Below, piece by piece: positions 1 to 7,721 of a stretch of DNA of 32,000 nucleotides. The notes under the pieces were generated by a model that did not search any database, was not told where the DNA came from, and worked only from the letters and a program-made list of their open reading frames with translations. The stretch's first letter is position 1. Each line of letters opens with the position of its first letter. The position numbers and the translations under genes are program-made. This stretch comes from Edaphobacter aggregans (GTDB lineage Bacteria; Acidobacteriota; Terriglobia; Terriglobales; Acidobacteriaceae), in assembly GCF_003945235.1 (NCBI RefSeq), contig NZ_RSDW01000001.1, positions 4,440,001 to 4,472,000 on the forward strand, in the 5' to 3' direction.

Positions 1-623
1 TTTACGAAGTTCGCTCGTGCGGAGTCGCTTTTGAGGAAGTCTCCGACCGAGGGCATGAAGACACTTTTGACCGGATCGTAATTGTTGACGAGGGGGAAGA
101 CTTCGGTGTTGCTCTGGTTGAGGGCGATGGTGCGCGCAACCTTGTTTTCGATGTCGACGGGATGGGAGCCGGAGGAGTCGACGACTGGGTAGGATCGGTT
201 GTCGATGGTGTAGGAGGTCAGGGAGCCGTCGGGTGTGACGACGTGCAGCCACTCAGGGAAGAGGAGGTCGATCTGCTTGATGTGCTGCTTGAGTGAGGAG
301 TAACTGGCGGCATCCCACTCGACGTAGTAGGCGGCGCGGAGGCCTTCACCGGAGTTCAGGGGGACGTCGGAGGGCTTGAGGTCGGTCTTGCGGTGGGCCG
401 AACGGTGAAGCTTCTGACCGGCTTTGAGCAGCACCGGAGTGGTCAGCGTGCGATAGTTCCTCTTCTGCTTGTCGAGCGTCAACTCTGGCAGCGGCTTCAT
501 GCGCATCAAGCCAACGATGAAGATGGTTCCTAGAATAAGGCCGAGGAGCACGAGAACGTTCTGCATCAGACGCAGCCGTTTCCAGCGCTTGCGTTGGGGA
601 TCGAAGAAGACTTGTTTGGTCAT
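1..623 (-). CDS. 5'-complete, 3'-truncated CDS: N-terminal membrane anchor plus GH18-like region of a probable large multidomain exopolysaccharide-synthesis protein
   Basis: Absent from the ORF track because it runs off the window edge. My own translation from ATG (623-621) gives MTKQVFFDPQRKRWKRLRLMQNVLVLLGLILGTIFIVGLMRMKPLPELTLDKQKRNYRTL...GLRAAYYVEWDAASYSSLKQHIKQIDLLFPEWLHVVTPDGS... with no stop down to position 1. It has one TM helix followed by a YYxxWD / IDLLxPEW pattern reminiscent of GH18-like domains. The functional call is from memory of similar acidobacterial GH18-deacetylase-GT2 fusions. Confidence 0.6.
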   Translation of the reverse strand, partial: MTKQVFFDPQRKRWKRLRLMQNVLVLLGLILGTIFIVGLMRMKPLPELTLDKQKRNYRTLTTPVLLKAGQKLHRSAHRKTDLKPSDVPLNSGEGLRAAYYVEWDAASYSSLKQHIKQIDLLFPEWLHVVTPDGSLTSYTIDNRSYPVVDSSGSHPVDIENKVARTIALNQSNTEVFPLVNNYDPVKSVFMPSVGDFLKSDSARANFV

Positions 624-662
624 TAGGGAAGGAGCCAGTCGCCGCGCGCAGACACTACTTTA

Positions 663-691
663 AGTATAATATCGGCCCTCCCCATGGTCAA
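663..691 (-). promoter_or_regulatory. Candidate sigma70-type promoter for the truncated minus-strand gene (TTGACC-N17-TATACT)
   Basis: On the minus strand TTGACC lies at 691-686 and TATACT at 668-663, with an exact 17-nt spacer. This is about 40 nt upstream of the ATG at 623. The same DNA reads TATAAT (665-670) on the plus strand. Confidence 0.4.
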
Positions 692-774
692 AGCAGTGGA
701 GGGCATCCATTCTGTTGGACGTGGCGATTCGTTGATTGGCACAGTAATCATCCGCAGTATGATGATCCACATAC

Positions 775-2160
775 ATGTCCCGAAGACGACTGCAGATGGG
801 AGTGTCCGTGACGGCGGCACTGGCGCTTGGGTTTGGCCTGCGTCTGTGGTTCATTGTGCACACGGCGCGAATTGCTGGAGATTCATTGATTTACGGTGAT
901 ATTGCGAAGACGTGGATGCAGACGGGGGTGTATGGGTTCGGGGAGGCAGGTGGGGGGGCTTTACCTACACTGATCCGGCTGCCGGGGTATCCGATGTTCC
1001 TGGTGGTTTGCTTCCGGCTGTTCGGGGTGGAGCACTATACCGCGGTGATGTATGCCCAGGGCGTCGCGGACCTGGTGACTTGCCTGCTTGTGGGGGCGTT
1101 GGCTGGGAGGCTATTTGGCCGTCGGGCGGGGTTGGCGGCGCTCTGGCTGGCGGTGTTGTGTCCGTTTACGGCTAGCTATGTGGCTTATCCGCTGGCTGAG
1201 ACGCTGACCCTGACCTGCGTGGCGCTGGCGTTCTATGGGCTGGAACGGTGGCGTGCGGCGGGGCTGGGCTTCAACCGGTGGCTTTGGGTGGTGGTGGCGG
1301 CGTTGGCTTACTCGGTGCTGCTAAGGCCGGAGCAGGGACTGCTTGCTGCGGCGGTTGTTCCGGCGATGCTTTGGCTGGTACTGCGGTCGCCTGCTCGGCG
1401 CGAGGGGGTGACTCGGGCGGCTGCTCCGGTGCTCGTGGCTGCGGCTTGTGTGGTGCTTCCGTTGCTGCCGTGGGCGGTGCGGAACTGGCGGGCGTTTCAT
1501 GTGGTGCAGCCGTTGGCTCCGCGGTATGCGACTGATCCGGGCGAGCTGGTTCCACTGGGCTTTCAGCACTGGTTCAAGACGTGGGGGATCGAGTTTGCCT
1601 CGACCGAGGATGTGTACTGGAATTACGACGGTGCTGCGGTCGATCTGAACGACATTCCGACGAGGGCGTTTGATACCGACAATCAGTATGCGCGAACGGC
1701 GGCGCTGATTGAGGAGTACGACCGGACGGCCAGGGCAAACCAGGCTTTCGATGATCGGTTTGAGGAACTGGCGCAGGAGCGGGTTAAAAATGATCCGTTG
1801 CGTTACTACGTTGCGCTGCCGGTGGCCCGGGTGATGGATATGATCCTTCGACCGCGGGTGGAGATGTTCGAGATTGAGCTGGAGTGGTGGCGGTGGCGGG
1901 ATCATCCGAAACAGACGATCTTTGCGGGTACTTATGCTGTGCTCAACCTTGGTTATTTTGTGTTGGCCGGCGTTGGGCTTTGGCGGTGGCGTCGGCGAGG
2001 GTGGGACGGGAATAAAGGGCTGGCGTTCTCGATGATCGGTTTTATTGTGCTGCGGACTTTGTTGCTGCTGACGCTCGATAACTCGGAGCCCCGGTATACG
2101 TTGGAGTTTTTTCCGGTGCTGATGGTCTGGGCTGGGGCTGTGTTTTCGGACTTCGGTTGA
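775..2160 (+). CDS. GT-C fold membrane glycosyltransferase (ArnT / PMT_2, GT39-like family)
   Basis: The 461-aa ORF is polytopic, with many hydrophobic segments. The N-terminal motif region RIAGDSLIYGDIAKTWMQTGVYGF, followed by multiple TM helices and a soluble insert, is typical of ArnT/PMT-like glycosyltransferases. GC3 is high. Confidence 0.65.
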   Translation: MSRRRLQMGVSVTAALALGFGLRLWFIVHTARIAGDSLIYGDIAKTWMQTGVYGFGEAGGGALPTLIRLPGYPMFLVVCFRLFGVEHYTAVMYAQGVADLVTCLLVGALAGRLFGRRAGLAALWLAVLCPFTASYVAYPLAETLTLTCVALAFYGLERWRAAGLGFNRWLWVVVAALAYSVLLRPEQGLLAAAVVPAMLWLVLRSPARREGVTRAAAPVLVAAACVVLPLLPWAVRNWRAFHVVQPLAPRYATDPGELVPLGFQHWFKTWGIEFASTEDVYWNYDGAAVDLNDIPTRAFDTDNQYARTAALIEEYDRTARANQAFDDRFEELAQERVKNDPLRYYVALPVARVMDMILRPRVEMFEIELEWWRWRDHPKQTIFAGTYAVLNLGYFVLAGVGLWRWRRRGWDGNKGLAFSMIGFIVLRTLLLLTLDNSEPRYTLEFFPVLMVWAGAVFSDFG

Positions 2161-2248
2161 GTACTCACCCTCCTGTACTCTCGGTACTAAAGTATTCTAT
2201 CTATTTGGGATAGGTCTGGACTTCGGTATGCCTTTCTTGGGATAAAGA

Positions 2249-2284
2249 AAAGCCCCAGTAGTTGGCCGGGCTTTCGCTTTTCTC
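2249..2284. terminator. Candidate bidirectional intrinsic terminator between convergent genes
   Basis: The stem AAAGCCC (2249-2255) pairs with GGGCTTT (2268-2274) around a 12-nt loop. It is followed by cgcTTTTcTc on the plus strand and by TCTTTAT on the minus strand. Confidence 0.45.
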
Positions 2285-2417
2285 GATGCTTAATCAAGGG
2301 TATCAGTTTGGAGGGAATAGATCGGCATAGATAAACTTCCCATTATCAATTGGATAGACAAGTTTTGAGCTTGACAGGGTTTTCCCTGCGCTTGAGGGGT
2401 AAAAAGGCATGGGAGGG

Positions 2418-2437
2418 GCCAAGGCTGAAGCCTTGGC
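2418..2437 (-). terminator. GC-rich hairpin about 44 nt downstream of the LolA-like gene stop (possible terminator or stabiliser)
   Basis: This is a perfect 8-bp stem, GCCAAGGC-tgaa-GCCTTGGC. On the minus strand a T5 run occurs only 12 nt after the stem, so it is not a textbook terminator. Confidence 0.3.
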
Positions 2438-2480
2438 TTACCTAGAAGCCTTGAGATTCCACCGCCCCCACCAAAATTGA

Positions 2481-3197
2481 TTAGTGGCGGTCGATGGTTG
2501 GGTTTTTGCCGGGTTTGATGGCGTAGGGAGCGGTGTTGACTGGCTGGTTGTAGCGGATATGGGTGTAGGTGCTGGTGCGCACGTCTTCGGATGGGGTGAA
2601 GAGTTGTTGTTTGAGAGAGATGCCACGGCTGGTGTCGACCCAGATGATGATATGGGTGAACATGTTGCGGATGCTTTGGTTTTTGGAGACGAGGTCGAGT
2701 TTGGCGGTGGTAACCGTTTTTTCGCCGTCGTTGATGGGCTCGGTGCCTAGGTCGGAGATGGTCCAGGCTTTGGCGAGGTCGGTGCCGCTGCCTCCGAAGC
2801 CGAGGGTGAGGAGGCTTTCAGCCTGAGCCTGGTTATCTTTGGTCGAGATGAGGGTGAGGTGGTTGGTGCCGGGATCGTAGATTCGGAGGAGGCCGTCGCG
2901 GTACTCGAGGAAGCGGGCTGACGGGGGGACGAGTTTGGCTCCCATGATGGTCTGACCGCCTTCCCGTTTGAAGAAGATGCTGCCGGTCTGAGTGGTGGTC
3001 TCCTTGACGACGCGCTCGTAGAAGTCCCAGCGAAGGTCGGCTTCGGCTGAGCGGAATTTGGCCGCGCTCTCGTCGAGTTGGTGGAGGACCATGTCGAGGT
3101 TTCCGGGCTTGGGTTGGGCGGCGGCGGGCGAGATGATGACGGCGGAGAGGAGGAGGGAGGCGGCGATGCAGCGGATGGTCGTCATTGAGGAGAGCAC
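2481..3197 (-). CDS. Secreted LolA-like / outer-membrane lipoprotein-sorting fold protein
   Basis: The 238-aa ORF starts at GTG 3197 (alternative ATG at 3185). It has a signal peptide MTTIRCIAASLLLSAVIISPAAAQ. The beta-rich body (FFKREGGQTIMGAKLVPPSARFLEYRDGLLRIYDPGTN...) resembles LolA/LolB-fold periplasmic proteins. Confidence 0.5.
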   Translation of the reverse strand: MLSSMTTIRCIAASLLLSAVIISPAAAQPKPGNLDMVLHQLDESAAKFRSAEADLRWDFYERVVKETTTQTGSIFFKREGGQTIMGAKLVPPSARFLEYRDGLLRIYDPGTNHLTLISTKDNQAQAESLLTLGFGGSGTDLAKAWTISDLGTEPINDGEKTVTTAKLDLVSKNQSIRNMFTHIIIWVDTSRGISLKQQLFTPSEDVRTSTYTHIRYNQPVNTAPYAIKPGKNPTIDRH

Positions 3198-3245
3198 TCC
3201 ATGGGTTTTGGCAGGACTTCAATGGTGCAATAGTGGGCCTGTAGC

Positions 3246-3342
3246 AGCAGATCCCCTTTGGGGATGACAACAAGAAAAGCAACGGCAACTGCAAAGGCAA
3301 AGCTAACAGCAGATCCTCCGCTTCGCGAAGGATGACAACAAG
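3246..3342. repeat. Two copies of a short hairpin repeat (CAGCAGATCC-stem/loop-GGATGACAACAAG) separated by a (GCAANN)4 hexamer tract
   Basis: Copy 1 (3246-3274) is cagcagATCCCCtttGGGGATgacaacaag. Copy 2 (3307-3342) is cagcagATCCTCCGcttCGcGAAGGATgacaacaag. The flanks are identical and the stem interiors differ but remain self-complementary. The spacer at 3279-3302 is GCAACG GCAACT GCAAAG GCAAAG. Confidence 0.75.
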
Positions 3343-3348
3343 GTGAAG

Positions 3349-3729
3349 CTAACGTAGGACCCAGGCGTTGTAGGCGATGATGTGCCCCTGGGCGTCGCGG
3401 ACGGGTTCGTAGCGCTCGAGGGAGACTTCGCCAGAGATGGGCTCGATGACACGGAGGATGGCAGCTTTGCGCTCGGCGTCGGTCGAGGCTCCGCCCATGT
3501 CATCGGCGCGGATCTGGTACATGAAGCGGGCGCTCTCGCCTTCGGTCCCGGCTTCCTTGACGAGGACTTCGCTCGAACGGAGCGCTACGGTCTCGACGGG
3601 GCGGTCCTTGAAGTCGATTACGCGCGGGGCGAGGAACATGAAGACGAGGATGAGCGTCACCATGATGTCGTAATGGAAGCTGCCGCGTTCGTAGGTCCAG
3701 AAGAAGTAGCTTTTGAGAAGTTTGCCCAT
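3349..3729 (-). CDS. Small single-pass membrane protein of unknown function, translationally coupled to serS
   Basis: The 126-aa ORF has strongly GC3-biased codons and a TM helix (HYDIMVTLILVFMFLAPRVI). Its ATG (3729-3727) overlaps the serS TGA (3731-3729) by 1 nt. Confidence 0.7.
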   Translation of the reverse strand: MGKLLKSYFFWTYERGSFHYDIMVTLILVFMFLAPRVIDFKDRPVETVALRSSEVLVKEAGTEGESARFMYQIRADDMGGASTDAERKAAILRVIEPISGEVSLERYEPVRDAQGHIIAYNAWVLR

Positions 3730-5057
3730 CAGTTTTTGCCTGCTTGCTTGCCGATAACGGTCTCGCCATTCATGTAAGGGACGAGGGCCTCAGGGATTTT
3801 GATGCTTCCGTCGGGCTGCTGGTAGTTTTCGAGGATCGCGAGGTAGGTTCGGCCTACGGCGAGTCCGCTGCCGTTGAGGGTGTGAAGGTATTCGGACTTG
3901 CGAGCTCCGGTGGGGCGGTAGCGGATGTTGGCTCGGCGGGCCTGGAAGGACTCGAAGTTGGAGCAGGAGCTGATTTCTCGGTAGAGGTTCTGGCCGGGGA
4001 GCCAGACTTCGAGGTCGTAGGTCTTGGATGAGGCGAAGCCCATGTCGCCGGTGCAGAGGAGCATGCGGCGGTAGGGGAGGCCGAGGCGCTCGAGGACGGT
4101 TTCGGCGTGGCGAGTGAGGGCCTCGTGCTCTTCGTTGGACTTTTCGGGCGTGGTGAATTTGACCAGCTCGACCTTCTGGAACTGGTGCTGGCGGATCATG
4201 CCGCGAACGTCTTTGCCGTAGGAGCCGGCTTCGGAGCGGAAGCAGGGGGTGTAGGCACAGTAGGAGATGGTGAGCTGGGCCTCGTCGAGGGTCTCGTCGC
4301 GGAAGAGGTTTGTGACGGGGACTTCGGCGGTGGGGATGAGCCAGTGATCGTTCTCCTGCAGTTCGCCGGGGACGTAGGGGCCCTTGTCGTCGCAGTGGAA
4401 GGAGTCTTCGGCGAACTTGGGGAGCTGGCCGGTGCCGAAGAGGGACTTCGAATTGACCATGTAGGGGGGCAGGACTTCGGTGTAGCCGTGCTCGGCGGTG
4501 TGGAGGTCGAGCATGAAGTTGGCGAGGGCGCGCTCGAGGCGTGCTCCCTGACCGTAGTGGACGACAAAGCGGGAGCCGGAGATTTTGGCGGCACGGTTGA
4601 AGTCGAGGATGCCGAGGGCCTCGCCTAGCTCCCAGTGGGGTTTGGCGGGGAAGTCGAAGGTGGGCTTGGTGCCCCAGAGTTTTTCTTCGCGGTTGCCGTG
4701 CTCGTCGGAGCCTACGGGGACGGTGTCCTGCGGGAGGTTGGGGAGCGACTGCATGATTTCGCGAAGACGCTCGTCGGTTGTCATGGCTACGGTTTCGAGG
4801 GATTCGACTTCGGCTTTGAGGGTGCGGGTGCGCTCGGTCTGAGGGGTGGCGTCTGCGCCGGATTTGCGGAGCTTGGCGATCTCTTCGGTGAGCTTGTTGC
4901 GCTCGGCTTTGAGGGTTTCGACCTTGGTGATGGCGTCGCGGCGTTCGCGGTCGATGGAGGCGAAGTCGGCTAGGACGACGGCGGGGTCCATGCCACGGGC
5001 GCGGAGTTTTTCTTCAACCAGGGGCAGATTGGCCCGGACAAATGCTAGATCGATCAT
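3729..5057 (-). CDS. serS: Seryl-tRNA synthetase
   Basis: The 442-aa ORF has the N-terminal coiled-coil arm (MIDLAFVRANLPLVEEKLRARG...). It also has class II core motifs (FRSEAGSYGKDVRGMIRQHQFQKVE, GSGLAVGRTYLAILENYQ). Confidence 0.97.
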   Translation of the reverse strand: MIDLAFVRANLPLVEEKLRARGMDPAVVLADFASIDRERRDAITKVETLKAERNKLTEEIAKLRKSGADATPQTERTRTLKAEVESLETVAMTTDERLREIMQSLPNLPQDTVPVGSDEHGNREEKLWGTKPTFDFPAKPHWELGEALGILDFNRAAKISGSRFVVHYGQGARLERALANFMLDLHTAEHGYTEVLPPYMVNSKSLFGTGQLPKFAEDSFHCDDKGPYVPGELQENDHWLIPTAEVPVTNLFRDETLDEAQLTISYCAYTPCFRSEAGSYGKDVRGMIRQHQFQKVELVKFTTPEKSNEEHEALTRHAETVLERLGLPYRRMLLCTGDMGFASSKTYDLEVWLPGQNLYREISSCSNFESFQARRANIRYRPTGARKSEYLHTLNGSGLAVGRTYLAILENYQQPDGSIKIPEALVPYMNGETVIGKQAGKN

Positions 5058-5072
5058 CTAGATGATTCTAGC
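5044..5072 (-). promoter_or_regulatory. Palindromic structure covering the serS start codon, with a -10-like TAGAAT 7 nt upstream of the ATG
   Basis: A perfect 14-bp palindrome ATCATCTAGATGAT lies at 5053-5066. Outer arms GCTAGA (5044-5049) and TCTAGC (5067-5072) flank it. The serS ATG is at 5057-5055. The minus strand reads TAGAATcatctagATG and no Shine-Dalgarno sequence is visible. Confidence 0.35.
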
Positions 5073-5135
5073 GTCTCTGCGTCGAAACGCCGAGTTTGCA
5101 ACCTGTTGGCTGGAGTTTCCGTTTACCCTAGAAGA

Positions 5136-6788
5136 ATGCGTTCCTTTGTTGCCGCTCTTCTTTCGTTGGCCCTTCTGCTGCCGTCTGCTGTGCCTGCTCG
5201 GGCTGAGGCTTATAACGCCAAGCCCAAGCTGGTGGTCGTTTTGGTGATCGATCAGTTTCGTGGGGATTATCTTGATCGGTTCCGCGAGGACTTCAAGACT
5301 CCGATGGGGTTCAATCTGTTTTTGAAGCGTGGGGCTTACTTTACGGACTGCTACTACGACTATGCGAATACGATGACGGCTCCTGGGCACTCGACTGTCG
5401 GGACGGGGGCGTATACGGATGGGCATGGGATATCGCTGAATGAGTGGTGGGATTTGAAGCGGTCGACGACGCATGCGGTGACCTCGGTGGAGGATGAGCG
5501 GTATGCGGTGGTGGGTGATCCGAAGTCGACGGAGCCGGGGGCTTCGCCGCGGAATGAGATGGCGTCGACGCTGGGGGATGAGGTGGTGCTCGCGACGCAG
5601 GGGCGGGCGAAGCTGTTTGGCGTATCGCTGAAGGACCGCGCGGCGATTTTGACCTCGGGCCATGCTTCAAAGGGGGCGTTCTGGCTGGATCATGCGGACG
5701 GGAAGTTTATCTCATCGACGTATTGGGGGAAGCAGCTTCCGTCGTGGGCTGAGATATTCAATGCGAGCGGGAAGAGGGATGCCGCGATCAAGGAGGCGGG
5801 CGCTAGGGCGGGGCATTTCTATGAGGATGTGGGGAAGACGCCGGCTTCAGTGAAGTATTTGCTGGATTTTTCGAAGGCGCTGGTGGAAGGCGAGCAGATG
5901 GGGCGGCATGATGTGACGGATGTGCTGACTATCAGCATCTCTTCGACGGACATTCTTGGGCATGTGGTTGGTCCGGATGCTCCGGAGCAGCGGGCGATGA
6001 TCAATGCGATTGATGTTAATTTGAACGACTTTTTTACCTGGCTGGACAAACATGTCGATGGGGGCATGGGTGCGGTTTGGGTTGCTATCACCGGGGATCA
6101 CGGGGTTGCTCCTGTGCCTGCAGTGGCGGCGAAGGCGGGGATGCCGGCCGCGGCGTTCGATGCGAAGAAGCTGGTTGATGAGCTGAATGCGCGGATGAAT
6201 CAGCGGTTTTCGGGAGGGGAGCGGAAGAAGAACTACATCTTTGCCAGTGAGCTGCCTTATCTGGAGATCGATACGCGGGCGTTTGCGGGGACGAAGGTGA
6301 CGGAGGCTGAGGCGGAAGGGGCGGTAGCGGAGATGCTTCCGGAGGCGATGGAGGCTACGCTGCCGCCGGCGCCGGAGGGTGTGAGTCAGGAGCGGCTTGA
6401 TGCACGTCCGATGGTGCGGCGTGTTTATACGAAGGTGCAGATGGCGGCGGGGCAGCTTCCGGCTACGGAGGAGGGAAGGCTGATTCTGCATAGCTACTCG
6501 CCAAATGGTGGGTGGTATGTGATGGCTACGTTTGGGATGTATCAGATGGCTGGTGTTCATGGGACGAACCACTTCACGCCATATATGTATGACCGGCACG
6601 TACCGCTGGCGTTCTATGGGTCGGCGTTTGTACCGGGGACGTATCACGGGCGGGTGGCTCCGGTGGATATGGCTGCGACGTTCGCTTCATTGCTGCGGGT
6701 CAATCAGCCATCAGCTAGCGTGGGGCATGTGTTGACGCAGGCGATTCGTCCGGATGTGGATGCAGCCGAAAAAGTGCACGGGAGGTAG
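5136..6788 (+). CDS. Secreted alkaline phosphatase-superfamily enzyme (nucleotide pyrophosphatase/phosphodiesterase type)
   Basis: The ORF track starts at 5106. The ATG at 5136 gives the signal peptide MRSFVAALLSLALLLPSAVPARA. The metal-ligand region is VVLVIDQFRGDYLDRF and the Thr-nucleophile motif is TMTAPGHSTVGTGAY, as in NPP-family enzymes. Confidence 0.8.
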   Translation: MRSFVAALLSLALLLPSAVPARAEAYNAKPKLVVVLVIDQFRGDYLDRFREDFKTPMGFNLFLKRGAYFTDCYYDYANTMTAPGHSTVGTGAYTDGHGISLNEWWDLKRSTTHAVTSVEDERYAVVGDPKSTEPGASPRNEMASTLGDEVVLATQGRAKLFGVSLKDRAAILTSGHASKGAFWLDHADGKFISSTYWGKQLPSWAEIFNASGKRDAAIKEAGARAGHFYEDVGKTPASVKYLLDFSKALVEGEQMGRHDVTDVLTISISSTDILGHVVGPDAPEQRAMINAIDVNLNDFFTWLDKHVDGGMGAVWVAITGDHGVAPVPAVAAKAGMPAAAFDAKKLVDELNARMNQRFSGGERKKNYIFASELPYLEIDTRAFAGTKVTEAEAEGAVAEMLPEAMEATLPPAPEGVSQERLDARPMVRRVYTKVQMAAGQLPATEEGRLILHSYSPNGGWYVMATFGMYQMAGVHGTNHFTPYMYDRHVPLAFYGSAFVPGTYHGRVAPVDMAATFASLLRVNQPSASVGHVLTQAIRPDVDAAEKVHGR

Positions 6789-6794
6789 GCGGCG

Positions 6795-7721
6795 ATGAGC
6801 GGGAAAGCGCCGGATATGCGCGTCAACGTGGCAGGGGTGGAGCTGCGTTCGCCGGTGATTGCGGCCAGCGGGACCTTTGGGTATGGGGTGGAGTTCGAGG
6901 ATATCGTCTCGATCGACCGCATTGGCGGGTTTGTGACCAAGGGGCTGTCGCGGGAGCCGATGGCGGGGAATCCCACGCCGCGGATAATTGAGACGGCGGC
7001 GGGGATGATCAATGCCATTGGCCTGCAGAACATGGGTGTGGGGCCGTTTGTCCGGGAGAAGCTGCCGAAGCTGGCGCAGATGAAGGGCGCGGTGGTGATT
7101 GCGAATGTCTTCGGGTTCACGATTGAGGATTGCCTGGAGGTGATCCGGGTGCTGAATGAGTCTCCGGGGATCGCGATGTATGAGCTGAATGCGAGCTGTC
7201 CGAATACAAGCCATGGGGGGATGGTTTTTGGGACAGATCCTTCGCTACTGTATGAGCTTGTTTCGCGGACGAAGGGGGCTTCGCAGAGGCCGTTGATGGT
7301 GAAGCTGTCGCCGAATGTGACGAACATTGGGCTGATGGCTCGGGTGGCTTCGGATGCGGGGGCGGATACGGTTTCGCTGGTGAATACGTTTGTTTCGCTG
7401 GCGATTGATGTGGAGACACGGCGGCCTCGGATTGCGAATGTCACTGGAGGGTTGTCGGGGCCGGCGATCAAGCCGATTGCAGTGCGCATGGTGCATGAGG
7501 TTTCGAAGGCGGTGCGGATTCCGGTGGTGGGGATGGGCGGTATTGTGAATGCCGAGGATGCGGTGGAGTTCATGATGGCCGGAGCTACGGCGGTGCAGGT
7601 GGGGACGGCGAGCTATGCGGATCCGAGGGCTGTGGAAAATATTGCGAATGGGCTACAGCGGTGGTGCGCCAAGCATGATGTAGCGCAGGTGAGTTCTCTG
7701 ACGGGGTCGGCGCTACTGTAA
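6795..7721 (+). CDS. pyrD: Dihydroorotate dehydrogenase, class 1B-type catalytic subunit
   Basis: The 308-aa ORF has GGAGG 9 nt upstream of the ATG. Motifs include VAGVELRSPVIAASGTFGYG, ELNASCPN, VKLSPNV, GGLSGPAIKPIA and VVGMGGI. Confidence 0.93.
   Translation: MSGKAPDMRVNVAGVELRSPVIAASGTFGYGVEFEDIVSIDRIGGFVTKGLSREPMAGNPTPRIIETAAGMINAIGLQNMGVGPFVREKLPKLAQMKGAVVIANVFGFTIEDCLEVIRVLNESPGIAMYELNASCPNTSHGGMVFGTDPSLLYELVSRTKGASQRPLMVKLSPNVTNIGLMARVASDAGADTVSLVNTFVSLAIDVETRRPRIANVTGGLSGPAIKPIAVRMVHEVSKAVRIPVVGMGGIVNAEDAVEFMMAGATAVQVGTASYADPRAVENIANGLQRWCAKHDVAQVSSLTGSALL

Noticed and set aside
5847-7573. Long minus-strand ORFs (5847..6647 and 6704..7573) opposite the phosphatase and pyrD genes
   Set aside because: They are Arg/Pro/His-rich or Ser/Thr-rich shadow frames of clearly identifiable plus-strand genes, with no recognisable motifs.
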